The notes under the pieces are model-generated. The model was not told the origin of the DNA and searched no databases. It worked only from the letters and a program-made list of their open reading frames with translations. Position numbers and translations under genes: made by a program. A DNA stretch of 64,000 nucleotides from Candidatus Beckwithbacteria bacterium (GTDB taxonomy: Bacteria > Patescibacteriota > Microgenomatia > UBA1400 > CG1-02-47-37): positions 118,647-182,646 of the forward strand of contig JAZDKF010000012.1 of assembly GCA_043803225.1 (NCBI GenBank), given 5' to 3'. Position 1 is the first letter of the stretch, and every line of letters starts with the position of its first letter. This document shows positions 19,680-30,296 of this stretch, piece after piece.

Positions 19680-21785
19680 ATGTCCAAAACACATTCTAAT
19701 AAAGGCAAACGCAAACAGCCGTTTAAACTTAAACTGCCGCGGGAAACCATTTACACTCTGGCCTCCACCGGTTTGATTCTTTTCGGTGGCTTAATAATGG
19801 TTTCTCTTTCCCGTCAAAGCCAGTTTTTAGAACTGATCTATACTTACTTTACCTCGCTTTTCGGCTGGGGGATATTGCTTTTGCCGTTTATTTTATTAAC
19901 TGCCGGTTTGATGCTTACCCGGTTAAAGTGGCGGATTACCAAACCTAATGTTTTTGTCGGCTCGGTCATTCTTTTAATTACTGCTACCAGCCTAACCCGA
20001 TCCGGCACCATTGGCCAGCAGATCTGGACTAGCTTGGTTGACTTAATCTATCGCTCCGGCGCCACCCTGGTTTTACTGGCAGGCATCTTTGTCGCCCTCG
20101 TCGTTATCTTTGAAACCAGTCTGGAAGACATGGTCTTAGCCTTTCAGGCAGTTTACCGAAAACTTAAAAACCTTATCCAAAATCTTAAACACCGGCCCCA
20201 GCCCTTATTTGATAAAAAACCCAGCGGTTACATCGTTAAAGGCTTAGCCTCAGATAAAGCCGATAAAGCAGAAATAAAGCTAAAACCTGAATTTAAACCC
20301 TCTCTGCCTATCCCAATTATCGCTAACCAGCCCGGCGATCAACAAGCCATGTGGCAATATCCGCCTTTATCGATTCTGACTGATTTTTCCGGCACTAAAG
20401 CCGATCGGGGTGATGTCAAACAATCAGCTGACATTATCGAAAGAACCCTAGACAGCTTTGGGATTAAGGCCCGGGTGGTTGAAGTTAATAATGGTCCGGC
20501 CGTCACCCAGTATGCCATTGAAATTGCCAAAGGCACTAAGTTATCTAAAATTACCAGCTTGCAAAATGATTTGGCCTTAGCCCTGGCTGCTCCGCAAGGT
20601 CAGATTCGTATCGAAGCCCCGATTCCCGGCCGCAATCTTGTCGGCCTGGAAGTGCCTAATCGGTCTTTGGAAATCGTCCCCTTAAAAGAAACTCTAGCCA
20701 AAAAACAGATGAAAGAAACCAAAAGCAAGTTAGCCTTCCCCTTGGGTTTAGATGTTTCTGGTGAAGTGATCATTGCCGACATTGATAAAATGCCCCACGT
20801 TTTAATCGCCGGCGCCACTGGTTCCGGTAAATCAGTCTGTATCAACTCCATTATTACTTCAATGCTTTTCCGCGCCAGTCCTCAGGAAGTTAAGTTTATC
20901 CTGGTTGATCCTAAACGGGTCGAGCTGACTTTTTACAACGACATTCCTCATCTTTTAACTCCGGTCATTGTCGAACCGGCAAAGGTCGTTTCCGCCTTAA
21001 AGTGGAGCATCTCGGAAATGGAAAGGCGTTACAAACTCTTTGCTGAAGTCGGAGTCAGAAACATTGCTGGCTACAATGAGCTTTCCGGTTTTCAAGCCCT
21101 GCCCTACATTATCATTATTATTGACGAATTAGCCGATATTATTTTCTATGCCCCGTCCGAAGTTGAAGACAGCATTACTCGTTTAGCTCAGATGGCCCGG
21201 GCTACCGGGATTCACTTAGTCCTGGCTACCCAGCGGCCGTCGGTTGATGTTTTAACCGGTTTGATTAAAGCTAACATTAACTGCCGGATCTCCTTTAATG
21301 TTAACTCTATGGTTGACTCCCGCGTTATCATTGACTCGCCCGGAGCCGAAAAACTTTTAGGCCGCGGCGACATGCTTTATATCCCGCCCGACCAAGCCAA
21401 AGCTACCCGGATTCAGGGAACCTTTATCACTGAAAGAGACACTAAAAACTTAATTGATTTTATTAAAAAGAATACTCTCAAGGTCGAATATACTGAAGAA
21501 GTCACCCAGAAATATCAGGCTAAAACTCCCGGTCGCCCCGGCACGGCTGACACAGAAGAAATCGATGAATTGTTTGAAGAAGCCGCTCGGGTAATCTGCC
21601 AATACGACCGGGCTTCAGCCTCGCTCTTGCAGCGCCGGCTTTCTGTCGGTTATGCCCGCGCCGCCAGGATTTTAGACCAGTTAGAGCAAGCTGCTGCCGT
21701 CGGCCCTTCAGAAGGGGCCAAAGCCAGAGAAGTCTTAATCAGTAACGCCGACAGTTTTTTAAGCCAGCGTGCCCCTCAGGAATAA
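19680..21785 (+). CDS. ftsK: DNA translocase FtsK
   Basis: N-terminal TMs, GATGSGKS, LATQRPSVDV, AEKLLGRGDML, gamma domain. Confidence 0.96.
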   Translation: MSKTHSNKGKRKQPFKLKLPRETIYTLASTGLILFGGLIMVSLSRQSQFLELIYTYFTSLFGWGILLLPFILLTAGLMLTRLKWRITKPNVFVGSVILLITATSLTRSGTIGQQIWTSLVDLIYRSGATLVLLAGIFVALVVIFETSLEDMVLAFQAVYRKLKNLIQNLKHRPQPLFDKKPSGYIVKGLASDKADKAEIKLKPEFKPSLPIPIIANQPGDQQAMWQYPPLSILTDFSGTKADRGDVKQSADIIERTLDSFGIKARVVEVNNGPAVTQYAIEIAKGTKLSKITSLQNDLALALAAPQGQIRIEAPIPGRNLVGLEVPNRSLEIVPLKETLAKKQMKETKSKLAFPLGLDVSGEVIIADIDKMPHVLIAGATGSGKSVCINSIITSMLFRASPQEVKFILVDPKRVELTFYNDIPHLLTPVIVEPAKVVSALKWSISEMERRYKLFAEVGVRNIAGYNELSGFQALPYIIIIIDELADIIFYAPSEVEDSITRLAQMARATGIHLVLATQRPSVDVLTGLIKANINCRISFNVNSMVDSRVIIDSPGAEKLLGRGDMLYIPPDQAKATRIQGTFITERDTKNLIDFIKKNTLKVEYTEEVTQKYQAKTPGRPGTADTEEIDELFEEAARVICQYDRASASLLQRRLSVGYARAARILDQLEQAAAVGPSEGAKAREVLISNADSFLSQRAPQE

Positions 21786-21788
21786 TCT

Positions 21789-22421
21789 ATGCAAAGTCTT
21801 GGCGAACTGCTTCAATCCGGTCGGGTTAAAACCAAACTGACTTTAACTCAACTGTCCCGGAAAACCAAGATTCCGGTTAAAACTTTAATTAATTTAGAAA
21901 AAAATCACTTTTTAAAGTTGCCCGCTCCCACCTATATTCAAGGTTTTGTCAAAAACTATGCCCAAGCCGTTGGCCTTGACCCTTTTAAAACGATTGCGGT
22001 TTTAAAACGTGACTATGACCGTCACCAGTCTAAAAAAATCATTCCTAAAGGCCTGGCTCAACCCTTAAATCAATCATTTTTTCATTCTAACTTAGGCCGT
22101 AACCTTTTAGCCGCCGGAGCAGTCTTGTTTACCCTAAGTCTTTATTTAGGCTTCACTATTTTTCGCCTCTACCAGCCGCCGCCAATTAATATCTTCCAGC
22201 CCCAGGAGGCCCAAGAGGGCACCAGCCCGGTTTTAATTAAAGGCAAAACCGACCGTGATGCCACCTTAACTTTAAATGATAAAACTATCAATCTGGAACC
22301 GGACGGTTCTTTTACGACTATATATAATGGCCCACCCGGCACCCACGAACTCAAACTCAAAGCCGTCTCCCGCCGCCAAAAACAGACAGAGTTAATCTTA
22401 TATGTTATTATTACTCAATAA
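21789..22421 (+). CDS. RodZ-like HTH membrane protein
   Basis: HTH_25 pattern (YIQGFVKNYAQAVGLD), one TM, Ig-like C-terminus; follows ftsK. Confidence 0.8.
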   Translation: MQSLGELLQSGRVKTKLTLTQLSRKTKIPVKTLINLEKNHFLKLPAPTYIQGFVKNYAQAVGLDPFKTIAVLKRDYDRHQSKKIIPKGLAQPLNQSFFHSNLGRNLLAAGAVLFTLSLYLGFTIFRLYQPPPINIFQPQEAQEGTSPVLIKGKTDRDATLTLNDKTINLEPDGSFTTIYNGPPGTHELKLKAVSRRQKQTELILYVIITQ

Positions 22422-22422
22422 G

Positions 22423-23481
22423 ATGTTTTTCAAAAAAACCCCTATTTTATATTTTTCCCAAGACAAGATTAAAGTTTCTTTAGTTTCTACTGGTAAAACT
22501 AACCGGGTTTTAAAAGCCGATGAAACCGGCTGGACTCCTGAATCTTTAAAAGAAACCTTAATCCAAGCCAAAAAACAGTTAAAAACCAGCAAATTCAGGT
22601 TACTTTTAGCTGATGACTTAAATTATGTCGTCACTCTTAAAATCCCCTTAAATACTCCAACCAGCCAAGAGCGCCAATTAGTTTTAGCCAAGTTAACTGC
22701 TCTTGTTCCTGAAATTCTCACCTCTACCAATTGGGATTTTAAAGAAACCGGCAAAAAAGATCAAACTGAAAAAGAAGTCATTGCCTTTGCCCCAGTTCAG
22801 GATAAGTTTTTAATCATAAGCCAGGCCCTAACTGAAGCCGGAATTGACACTGAAGCGATTGAACCAGAAGTGATTGCCAGGCTTAGAAATGAAGATCCTT
22901 TAATTGGCATTGCCTTAAAATCAGACCTTAAAGGTAAAGACGAAAAAGTATTAAATATTAATCCCCAGCCCCCAAAACCAACTAAAGCGCCAATAGTTAA
23001 TAAAAAACTAGTGATTATTTTTTTAATAGTTTTTATCATCATCGGTTTGATCGTCGGCGGGGTTTTAACTTCCAGAAACGCCCTTAATAAAACTAAAAAA
23101 GTTTTACCTAGTCCTTCACCAGAAATACTTGTCTCACCCTTGCCCTCAGCTGAAGCTTCACCTTCAGCCTTGCCAGTTGTTGATTTAACTAAGTATAAAC
23201 TCCAAGTTTTAAACGGCACCGGTGGTAAAGGTGTGGCCGCTGCAGTTAAAGACATTTTAACCGCTGAAGGTTTTACCTCAATTGCGGCCGACAATGCTGA
23301 TATCCAAAACTTTACTCTCACCCAAGTTGAGTTAAAACCAAATACGCCCAAGCTAGTTTTTGAAACGATTGACCGGGCTTTAAACGATGCTTACGAGGTT
23401 ACTCATTCCGCCCAGTTGTTGACAGCTGACAGTGACTATGATGTAGTAATCACAGTCGGACAATTAAAAAGCAAGGAATAA
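22423..23481 (+). CDS. Membrane protein with PilM-like N-terminus and LytR C-terminal domain
   Basis: VLNGTGGKGVAA...DVVITVG LytR_C signature; single TM. Start moved to ATG 22423, just after the upstream stop. Confidence 0.7.
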   Translation: MFFKKTPILYFSQDKIKVSLVSTGKTNRVLKADETGWTPESLKETLIQAKKQLKTSKFRLLLADDLNYVVTLKIPLNTPTSQERQLVLAKLTALVPEILTSTNWDFKETGKKDQTEKEVIAFAPVQDKFLIISQALTEAGIDTEAIEPEVIARLRNEDPLIGIALKSDLKGKDEKVLNINPQPPKPTKAPIVNKKLVIIFLIVFIIIGLIVGGVLTSRNALNKTKKVLPSPSPEILVSPLPSAEASPSALPVVDLTKYKLQVLNGTGGKGVAAAVKDILTAEGFTSIAADNADIQNFTLTQVELKPNTPKLVFETIDRALNDAYEVTHSAQLLTADSDYDVVITVGQLKSKE

Positions 23482-23484
23482 TTT

Positions 23485-23769
23485 ATGCTGACTTTATCGC
23501 AGATTATTTTAGTTATTGTCGTTACTATTCTTTCCATTCTCTTGATTATTTTCTCTATCTATATCTTTAAAATCTTGGATGAAGTTAAAAAGACCCTGGT
23601 TAAAACCAACTCGATGATGGATGATATGAAACGGATCACTAAATCTGTGGCTGACCCGATTGAACACGCCTCGGAGTTTATCTCCGGTCTGAAAAAAGGC
23701 GCCAAACTGGTTGAACTGGCTGGGGAATTAGTTTCCAAAAAACAGGAACATGACCGAAGAAAAAGCTAA
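23485..23769 (+). CDS. DUF948/YoxC-like membrane protein
   Basis: N-terminal TM plus coiled coil; precedes a YtxH-like gene. Confidence 0.65.
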   Translation: MLTLSQIILVIVVTILSILLIIFSIYIFKILDEVKKTLVKTNSMMDDMKRITKSVADPIEHASEFISGLKKGAKLVELAGELVSKKQEHDRRKS

Positions 23770-24043
23770 ATCGGTCAACTTTACCTCTGGTTTGTTAATC
23801 GGCACTATCGCTTCTGCTGTTATTGCTTATCTGTATAAGACCGAGTCTGGTAAAAAAACCAAAAAAATCATTTCCGCTTACTATCGTGAGGCCAAAAATC
23901 ACGTTGACCAGCTAATTAAAGAAGTGAAAAAACAGACTAAAACTGTCTCTTTACCCGAAGCCGTCGAAATGGTTGCTAGAAAGAAAATTAAAACCATTAA
24001 GAAAAACGTCTTCTCCAAATCCGGCCGCCCGTTGGTAAAGTAG
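23750..24043 (+). CDS. YtxH-like protein
   Basis: FTSGLLIGTIASAVIAYLY...SGKKTK pattern. Confidence 0.65.
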   Translation: MTEEKAKSVNFTSGLLIGTIASAVIAYLYKTESGKKTKKIISAYYREAKNHVDQLIKEVKKQTKTVSLPEAVEMVARKKIKTIKKNVFSKSGRPLVK

Positions 24044-24065
24044 ACATATGGTATAATTCCACCCT

Positions 24066-24335
24066 ATGACTATTATTGAGCTTTCTAATGGTCAGCAGGT
24101 AGACGTGCCCGATAATATTAGTATTTTCCCAGATCCTTCTGGAGATAATACCATCTTTATTTCCGACGAGGCCGCTAAATTATTACCCGCAGGGGCCACA
24201 TTTATTTCTGTTTCAGCCGGAGGAAAAAAGGGAAGCATTTTTTTAGGTCATGATAAGCATGAATGTGAAAATGTTTTAATTCCTCAAGATGTAGGCCAAA
24301 ATATTATTTTCCCAGCGTTATTGGATGACGACTAA
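24066..24335 (+). CDS. Hypothetical protein
   Basis: 89-aa acidic ORF with its own TGgTATAAT 8 nt upstream. Confidence 0.6.
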   Translation: MTIIELSNGQQVDVPDNISIFPDPSGDNTIFISDEAAKLLPAGATFISVSAGGKKGSIFLGHDKHECENVLIPQDVGQNIIFPALLDDD

Positions 24336-24363
24336 GTCAAACTAAGTCTGCTACAATAACCTC

Positions 24364-26079
24364 ATGACTTCTGCTGAAATTCGTTCTGCGTATTTAAAGT
24401 TTTTTAAGGACAAAGGCCACGCGATTATTCCGCCGGCGCCCTTGGTGCCGACCAACGACCCGACCACTTTGTTTACTAGTTCCGGCATGCAGCAGTTAGT
24501 GCCTTTTTTGAAAGGCGAGTCTCACCCGATGGGCCAACGTTTGGTTGATTCTCAACCTTGTTTTCGAGCCGAGGATATTGATGAAGTCGGCGATAACCGC
24601 CACACGACTTTTTTTGAGATGCTGGGCAACTGGTCGTTGGGTGACTACTTTAAAGCCGAACAACTGCCTTGGATTTGGGAATTTTTTACCAAAACCTTAG
24701 AACTTGATCCCCAAAAACTCCATATCACTGTCTATGCTGGCTCAAAATCAGTCCCTAAAGACCTGGCTTCTTTTAAACTTTATCAAAAACTTAAGGTTCC
24801 TGATTCCCGGATTCATTACTATCCGGAAAACTGGTGGTCCCGTTCCGGTTCCCCAGATAAAATGCCTCCGGGAGAAATCGGCGGTCCTGACAGTGAAATA
24901 TTTTTTGAATTTAGCCAGGCTAAACACAATCCCAAATATGGCCAGACCTGCCATCCCAACTGTAACTGCGGCCGGTTTTTAGAAATCGGCAACTCAGTCT
25001 TCATGGAATTTGAAAAGCAAAACAACGGTTCTTTAAAACCTTTGCCGAAGAAAAATGTTGACTTTGGCGGCGGTTTGGAACGCATAGTCGCCGCAGTTAA
25101 TAATGATCCAGACATTTTTAAGATAGACATTTTTCAGCCAATGATTAGCTATTTAGAAAAAGTTACCGGAAAAGAATATATCGGCGATAACCAACCGCCA
25201 ATGAGGATAATTGCTGATCATTTACGGGCGGCCAAGGCGATGATTGACCAAGGTCTTGAACCCAGCAATAAACAACAGGGCTATATTTTAAGGCGCCTGA
25301 TCCGCCGCGCCTGTGTTAAAATGCGTTCTCTTAAAGGTGAGTTATTACCTGGCGATTTTCCTGAAAACTTACAACCAGAGGTGTCTAAATTTAGAGTTAC
25401 TTTGGAAAAAGGCCTTAAACTAATCGATAAACAGTCAGCCAAAACCATTACCCCTCAATTTGCCTTTGACCTGTTTCAAACTTATGGTTTCCCCATTGAA
25501 ATTACCCGGGAAATTTTAACCTCAAAAGGTTTAAAAATTGATATTGATGCTATTAAAAAACTTCAGTTTGAGCATCAACAGTCCTCCCGAACTGCCTCTG
25601 CCGGTATGTTTAAAGCCGGCTTAGCCGATCATTCCGAAACCGTCATCAAATTTCACACTGCCACACACTTACTCCATCAAGCTTTGCGTCAGGTTTTGGG
25701 CGACCAGGTTCATCAGGAAGGCAGTAACATTACTAGCGAAAGATTGCGCTTTGACTTTTCCCACCCCCAAGCCTTATCGTCAGCTGAAATGCACCAGGTT
25801 GAAACAATAATTAATCAGCAAATTAAACTAAACCTTCCGGTTAAAAAAACCATTACCAGCAAAGAAGCGGCCATTAAATCCGGTGCTCTGGCTTTTTTTA
25901 AAGAAACCTACCCGGACAAAGTTTCCGTTTATTCTATTGGTAGTTTTTCCAAAGAAATTTGCGGCGGTCCGCACGTTAACTCGACAGGGGAGATTGAAGG
26001 TGTTAAGCTTATAAAGCAAGAGTCTATCGGTGCTAATAAGCGCCGGCTTTATGCTGTATTAACTCATGGAACTAACTAA
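24364..26079 (+). CDS. alaS: Alanine--tRNA ligase (no C-Ala domain)
   Basis: HTTFFEMLGNWS, DFGGGLER, HTATHLLH, EICGGPHV; 571 aa. Confidence 0.95.
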   Translation: MTSAEIRSAYLKFFKDKGHAIIPPAPLVPTNDPTTLFTSSGMQQLVPFLKGESHPMGQRLVDSQPCFRAEDIDEVGDNRHTTFFEMLGNWSLGDYFKAEQLPWIWEFFTKTLELDPQKLHITVYAGSKSVPKDLASFKLYQKLKVPDSRIHYYPENWWSRSGSPDKMPPGEIGGPDSEIFFEFSQAKHNPKYGQTCHPNCNCGRFLEIGNSVFMEFEKQNNGSLKPLPKKNVDFGGGLERIVAAVNNDPDIFKIDIFQPMISYLEKVTGKEYIGDNQPPMRIIADHLRAAKAMIDQGLEPSNKQQGYILRRLIRRACVKMRSLKGELLPGDFPENLQPEVSKFRVTLEKGLKLIDKQSAKTITPQFAFDLFQTYGFPIEITREILTSKGLKIDIDAIKKLQFEHQQSSRTASAGMFKAGLADHSETVIKFHTATHLLHQALRQVLGDQVHQEGSNITSERLRFDFSHPQALSSAEMHQVETIINQQIKLNLPVKKTITSKEAAIKSGALAFFKETYPDKVSVYSIGSFSKEICGGPHVNSTGEIEGVKLIKQESIGANKRRLYAVLTHGTN

Positions 26080-28222
26080 CCTGCTCAATAAATTTAAAAG
26101 TAAAGAAGAAGCCAAACACGAATATTTTTTTGCGGTTGAAATTGCCGAAGAACTAATTAAAACTGCCATTTGGACAGTAGTTGATGGCCATACCCAGGTA
26201 GTTAAAGTCGGTCAATCGCAAACCTGGGACGGCCAAAACCAGGAAAAACTTGTCTCTGCTATTGATCAATCAATCTCCGCTGTTTCTGAAGGCGTTTCCC
26301 CTGAACCATCGGGCGTTATTTTTGGTCTGCCTGAGTCCTGGATGGATCAAGAAAATCTTAATCCCGACAAAAAATCTTACCTTAAAGCTATTTGCCAGGA
26401 GCTTGAATTTAAACCCCTTGGTTTTGTCGTTACTAACACCGCGGTGATTCAATATTTAAAGATTGAAGAAGGCACTCCGCCCAGTGCCATATTATTACAA
26501 CTAAGTTCCACTGAAGTTAATCTGTCTTTAGTCAAACTAGGCAAGTTAGTCGGCACCCAGCTGGTTGGCCGATCCGGAGATTTAGGACCAGACGTTGAAG
26601 AAGGCCTCTCCCGTTTTGAAAAAATTGACACTCTGCCTTCGCGGATGATTCTCTATGATGGTCAGCATGACTTTGAAGAAGACCGGCAGCAACTTACTTC
26701 CTATGACTGGGAAGAAAAACTCCCCTTTATTCACTTTCCTAAAGTCGAAGTTTTGCCTTCTGATGTTTCTATTAAAGCCATCAGTTTATCCGGCGGCAGC
26801 GAAGTGGCAAAATCCCTGGGTTTTGACATCAAATCTCAAGCCAAACCTTCTTCTCCTGAACCTGAGACGAAATCTCTTTCTGCTGCCGATCTTGGCTTTA
26901 CCTCAGCTGATATCGCTGCTTCCGTTAAACCAGCAGCAGAAAAAATCCAAGAGCCTGAACTTGAGCTAGCAGTCGAACCCAAAAAAACTCCTAAAATTCA
27001 ATTAATTAAAGCGACTTTTACTGCCTTTTTATCCAAGTTAAATAAAATTCTTAAATCAATTAAGTTTAAATCAGCCCCCAAAACCATTACCTGGATTATT
27101 GGCAGTTTGGCAGGCTTATTCATCTTAGTTTTCTTGAGCTATTGGTATTTTCCCAAAGCCCAAATTACTCTATACTTTGAACCAAAATCCATTGACACTG
27201 ATCTTGAAATAACTATTGACTCAAAAGCTACTAGTCTTGATTCGGTCAAAGCCATTCTACCCGGAGAATCTGTAGATATTTCCGTTGAAGCTAGTAAATC
27301 CACTCCTACTACCGGAAAAGCTTTGGTTGGTGAATCTGCCACTGGCAATATTACTATTTACAATGTTACTAATCAAACCAAATCATTCCTCAAAAACACG
27401 GTTTTAATCGGTCCTAATAATTTAACTTTTTCTCTTGACGAAGATACTACTGTTGCCTCCAGTTCTTCCAGAAAAGAGGGAGAAGATATTATTACTTCTC
27501 CGGGAAAAGCTGACGCTTCGATTACTGCCAATAACATCGGCACCGATAGCAATCTATCTGCTGACACCCGTCTAGCTTTTAAACAATTTTCCGAAGATGA
27601 TTACTATGCCAAAACTGCTGGTTTAAGTGGTGGCACCAGTCAGGAAGTTAGAGCCGTTGCCCAAGCCGATATTGATCAATTATTAACTGAAATCAATCCT
27701 GAACTAATTACCAAAGCCCAAACTGAACTGCAAGCCCGTCTTGGCAACAATAAAATCTTGGTTGAAATCGAGGACCAGGAAAAACTGATCTCTAGAAAGT
27801 TTAATCATAGCGTCAACGAACAAGCCGACACTTTAGTGATCGAAGCTAAATTAGAATACACTGCCCTTAGCTACAATCAAACTGATTTACAGCTACTCCT
27901 AAATGAGGCGATAAAAGAAAAAATTCCCGACAACTTTCAAGTCAGTGATTCCAGTCAAGCTAACTTAGAACCAGCTAAGCTCAATAAGGATAATACTGCT
28001 ACTATTCAAGCCAGCTATAAGGCCAACTTACTGCCAAAACTAGACTTTGAAGCGATTAAAGATCAGTTGAAAGGCCACTACCCCCAAACGATTCAGGACT
28101 ACTTAACCTCTCTGCCCTCCTTTTTAAGAGCTGATATTATTATCAAACCCAATTTGCCTAAGAGCTTAAAAACCCTTCCTCATGTCACCAAAAATATTTT
28201 GCTTGAAGTTAAATCCGAATAA
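26066..28222 (+). CDS. Membrane protein with actin-like N-terminus and baseplate-J-like extracellular domain
   Basis: FtsA/PilM-like N-terminal half, Pro/Lys linker, one TM, then ATGNITIYN...ITANNIG...GLSGG pattern. Confidence 0.7.
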   Translation: MELTNLLNKFKSKEEAKHEYFFAVEIAEELIKTAIWTVVDGHTQVVKVGQSQTWDGQNQEKLVSAIDQSISAVSEGVSPEPSGVIFGLPESWMDQENLNPDKKSYLKAICQELEFKPLGFVVTNTAVIQYLKIEEGTPPSAILLQLSSTEVNLSLVKLGKLVGTQLVGRSGDLGPDVEEGLSRFEKIDTLPSRMILYDGQHDFEEDRQQLTSYDWEEKLPFIHFPKVEVLPSDVSIKAISLSGGSEVAKSLGFDIKSQAKPSSPEPETKSLSAADLGFTSADIAASVKPAAEKIQEPELELAVEPKKTPKIQLIKATFTAFLSKLNKILKSIKFKSAPKTITWIIGSLAGLFILVFLSYWYFPKAQITLYFEPKSIDTDLEITIDSKATSLDSVKAILPGESVDISVEASKSTPTTGKALVGESATGNITIYNVTNQTKSFLKNTVLIGPNNLTFSLDEDTTVASSSSRKEGEDIITSPGKADASITANNIGTDSNLSADTRLAFKQFSEDDYYAKTAGLSGGTSQEVRAVAQADIDQLLTEINPELITKAQTELQARLGNNKILVEIEDQEKLISRKFNHSVNEQADTLVIEAKLEYTALSYNQTDLQLLLNEAIKEKIPDNFQVSDSSQANLEPAKLNKDNTATIQASYKANLLPKLDFEAIKDQLKGHYPQTIQDYLTSLPSFLRADIIIKPNLPKSLKTLPHVTKNILLEVKSE

Positions 28223-28224
28223 CT

Positions 28225-29007
28225 ATGACCTACGTCTACCTTAAACAGCCTCCAGCTGATCAGGCAAAACTTTATCGACAATTTCAACAGAATCAGCTTT
28301 GGCTTAAATTTAAATCATTACTACCCACGGTCATGATTGTTGTTGGTGCCAGTTTGATTATTTCTGTCGGCTACCCGATTTTATCATATGAATTAACTAT
28401 TGGTTGGCAAACTAGGCGTCAAAGTATTCTTAAACCGGTTCCGGAAACTTCTTTAATTGCCAACAAAAGCATTATCAGCCCAACTGACTCTCAAAACCCT
28501 CAGGTCCTGGCCCAAACTACGAGCAATGATTTTAATCGAGTTTCCAACTGGTTTAACTTTTCCAAACCCCAGACATTCTTAAACCCATCTAATATTACTC
28601 ATTACACTGTAAATATTCCAAAACTTCGAATTCAAGATGCGGTTGTGACTATTGGCGGCGACAACCTGGATGCTAGCTTAATTCATTATGGCGGTACGGC
28701 TAATCCCGGCGAAGTAGGCAACGCCGTTATTTTTGGGCACTCTATTCTCCCTCAGTTTTATAACCCAAAATCCTATCGTTCTGTTTTTTCCCTTCTGCCT
28801 GCGCTTAAGCCTGGCGATGAAATTATTATTAACTTTGACGGCATTACTTATAAATATGTGGTTTATGAATACTTAGAAGTTAATCCGGGTGAAATTGATA
28901 TTTTAGAACAGCGTTATAATCGGAAAGAACTTTCTTTAGTAACCTGCGTTCCGCCTGGAACTTATCTCCGCCGTGGTATTATTAAAGCCTCCTTGGTAGA
29001 AATGTAA
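28225..29007 (+). CDS. Sortase
   Basis: IPKLRI, GNAVIFGHS, LSLVTCVPPGTYLRR (His/Cys/Arg triad). Confidence 0.92.
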   Translation: MTYVYLKQPPADQAKLYRQFQQNQLWLKFKSLLPTVMIVVGASLIISVGYPILSYELTIGWQTRRQSILKPVPETSLIANKSIISPTDSQNPQVLAQTTSNDFNRVSNWFNFSKPQTFLNPSNITHYTVNIPKLRIQDAVVTIGGDNLDASLIHYGGTANPGEVGNAVIFGHSILPQFYNPKSYRSVFSLLPALKPGDEIIINFDGITYKYVVYEYLEVNPGEIDILEQRYNRKELSLVTCVPPGTYLRRGIIKASLVEM

Positions 29008-29010
29008 TTT

Positions 29011-29892
29011 ATGCAGCCATTTATTGTTTTTTCGCTGCTGGCGGCTTTATCCTTTGCGCTATCCAACTTAACTTATAAATTTACCAGTAAACACAAAATT
29101 AATAACCCCTGGGTCTTACAATTATATTCTGCCCTAACGCTTTTACCGTTTTTATTACTGATTCCTATTTTCTTTCCTGTAGTTATTCCTCAAATTGGTT
29201 GGCAATATATTTTCCTTTACGCCCTTGTGTTTTTTATTGGCGAAGTTTTTTTTATTAAAGCTATTTATCATTTAGACGTATCCAGCTTTTCATCCCTATT
29301 TCAACTCCAATCCGGACTGATTGCTGTTTTAGCCTATTTTTTCCTGGGGGAGAGATTTCCCGTTCAAAATTATTATTTAATTTTAATTATGCTGGTTGGC
29401 TCGGTTTTAGTGACTTTAGATGAACAATTTAAGTTAAAGTCATTTTTTCAACTAGCGGTTGGGTTTATTCTATTGCAACAAATTTTTCATGCTTTATCCA
29501 ACCTTTTCGCCGGTTTTGGTTTAAAAAGCATGAGTTCTTTTGCCTTTATTTTCTGGGGCGATTTAACCGCAATTCTGCTAACCTTATTAGTTATTCCTTT
29601 AATTATTGGCTTTAAAAATATAAAGACTTCTTTTGTTAAAATTAAACCGTTATTTTTTGCTGGGTTTTTCTCAACTGTCGGAGCAACCTCATTATTTACC
29701 GCCTTTCAGTCTAATTTAACCATTTCTTCAGCTTTATCTCTATTAACCGCACCGATTGCATTGGTTTTAAGTGTGATCTTGTCGTTTTGGAAACCGTCTT
29801 TATTGGAACACCACTCTTTGAAAGTCTATGTTTACCGAACAATCGGTATGATTTTAATTCTCTTTGCCACAATTAATATTGCAATAGGATAA
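29011..29892 (+). CDS. EamA/DMT family transporter
   Basis: About 10 TM helices; AYFFLGE motif. Confidence 0.8.
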   Translation: MQPFIVFSLLAALSFALSNLTYKFTSKHKINNPWVLQLYSALTLLPFLLLIPIFFPVVIPQIGWQYIFLYALVFFIGEVFFIKAIYHLDVSSFSSLFQLQSGLIAVLAYFFLGERFPVQNYYLILIMLVGSVLVTLDEQFKLKSFFQLAVGFILLQQIFHALSNLFAGFGLKSMSSFAFIFWGDLTAILLTLLVIPLIIGFKNIKTSFVKIKPLFFAGFFSTVGATSLFTAFQSNLTISSALSLLTAPIALVLSVILSFWKPSLLEHHSLKVYVYRTIGMILILFATINIAIG

Positions 29893-29897
29893 ATATT

Positions 29898-30284
29898 ATG
29901 CGTTATTTGGGCATTGATTTTGGTTTACGCCATCTTGGATTGAGTCTGGCTGACGGGCCTCTAGCTCAGCCCCTGGTTGAAAAAACTTATCAATCTATGC
30001 CTCAAATTTTAGGCTTTTTAACCCATCTTTGTCAGGAACAGGCTATCGATCAAATTGTGATTGGGCTGCCAGAAGGTCAACTAGCTCCGGTGATTAAAGA
30101 ATTTGCCGCAGAGCTTAATATCCTTACTAATATTAACGTCGTTTTTCAAGACGAAACTTTAACCACCAAAGAGGCTCAAGCCAAACTGTTTGCCGCTCAT
30201 GCCCCGCAAAAAAAACGCCGGTTGGATCATCGTGTCTCTGCCGCCTTGATTTTGCAGGACTATCTTGATACGATTAAAAAGTAA
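29898..30284 (+). CDS. yqgF: YqgF/RuvX family nuclease
   Basis: LGIDFG, IVIGLP, QDETLTT, SAALILQDYL. Confidence 0.92.
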   Translation: MRYLGIDFGLRHLGLSLADGPLAQPLVEKTYQSMPQILGFLTHLCQEQAIDQIVIGLPEGQLAPVIKEFAAELNILTNINVVFQDETLTTKEAQAKLFAAHAPQKKRRLDHRVSAALILQDYLDTIKK

Positions 30285-30296
30285 AGGAGGTAGGTT

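Noticed and set aside
29966-29980. tcagcc-cct-ggttga in yqgF, similar to the 15-bp hairpin class
   Set aside because: Mismatched, and it falls in the normally conserved A.PL motif of YqgF.
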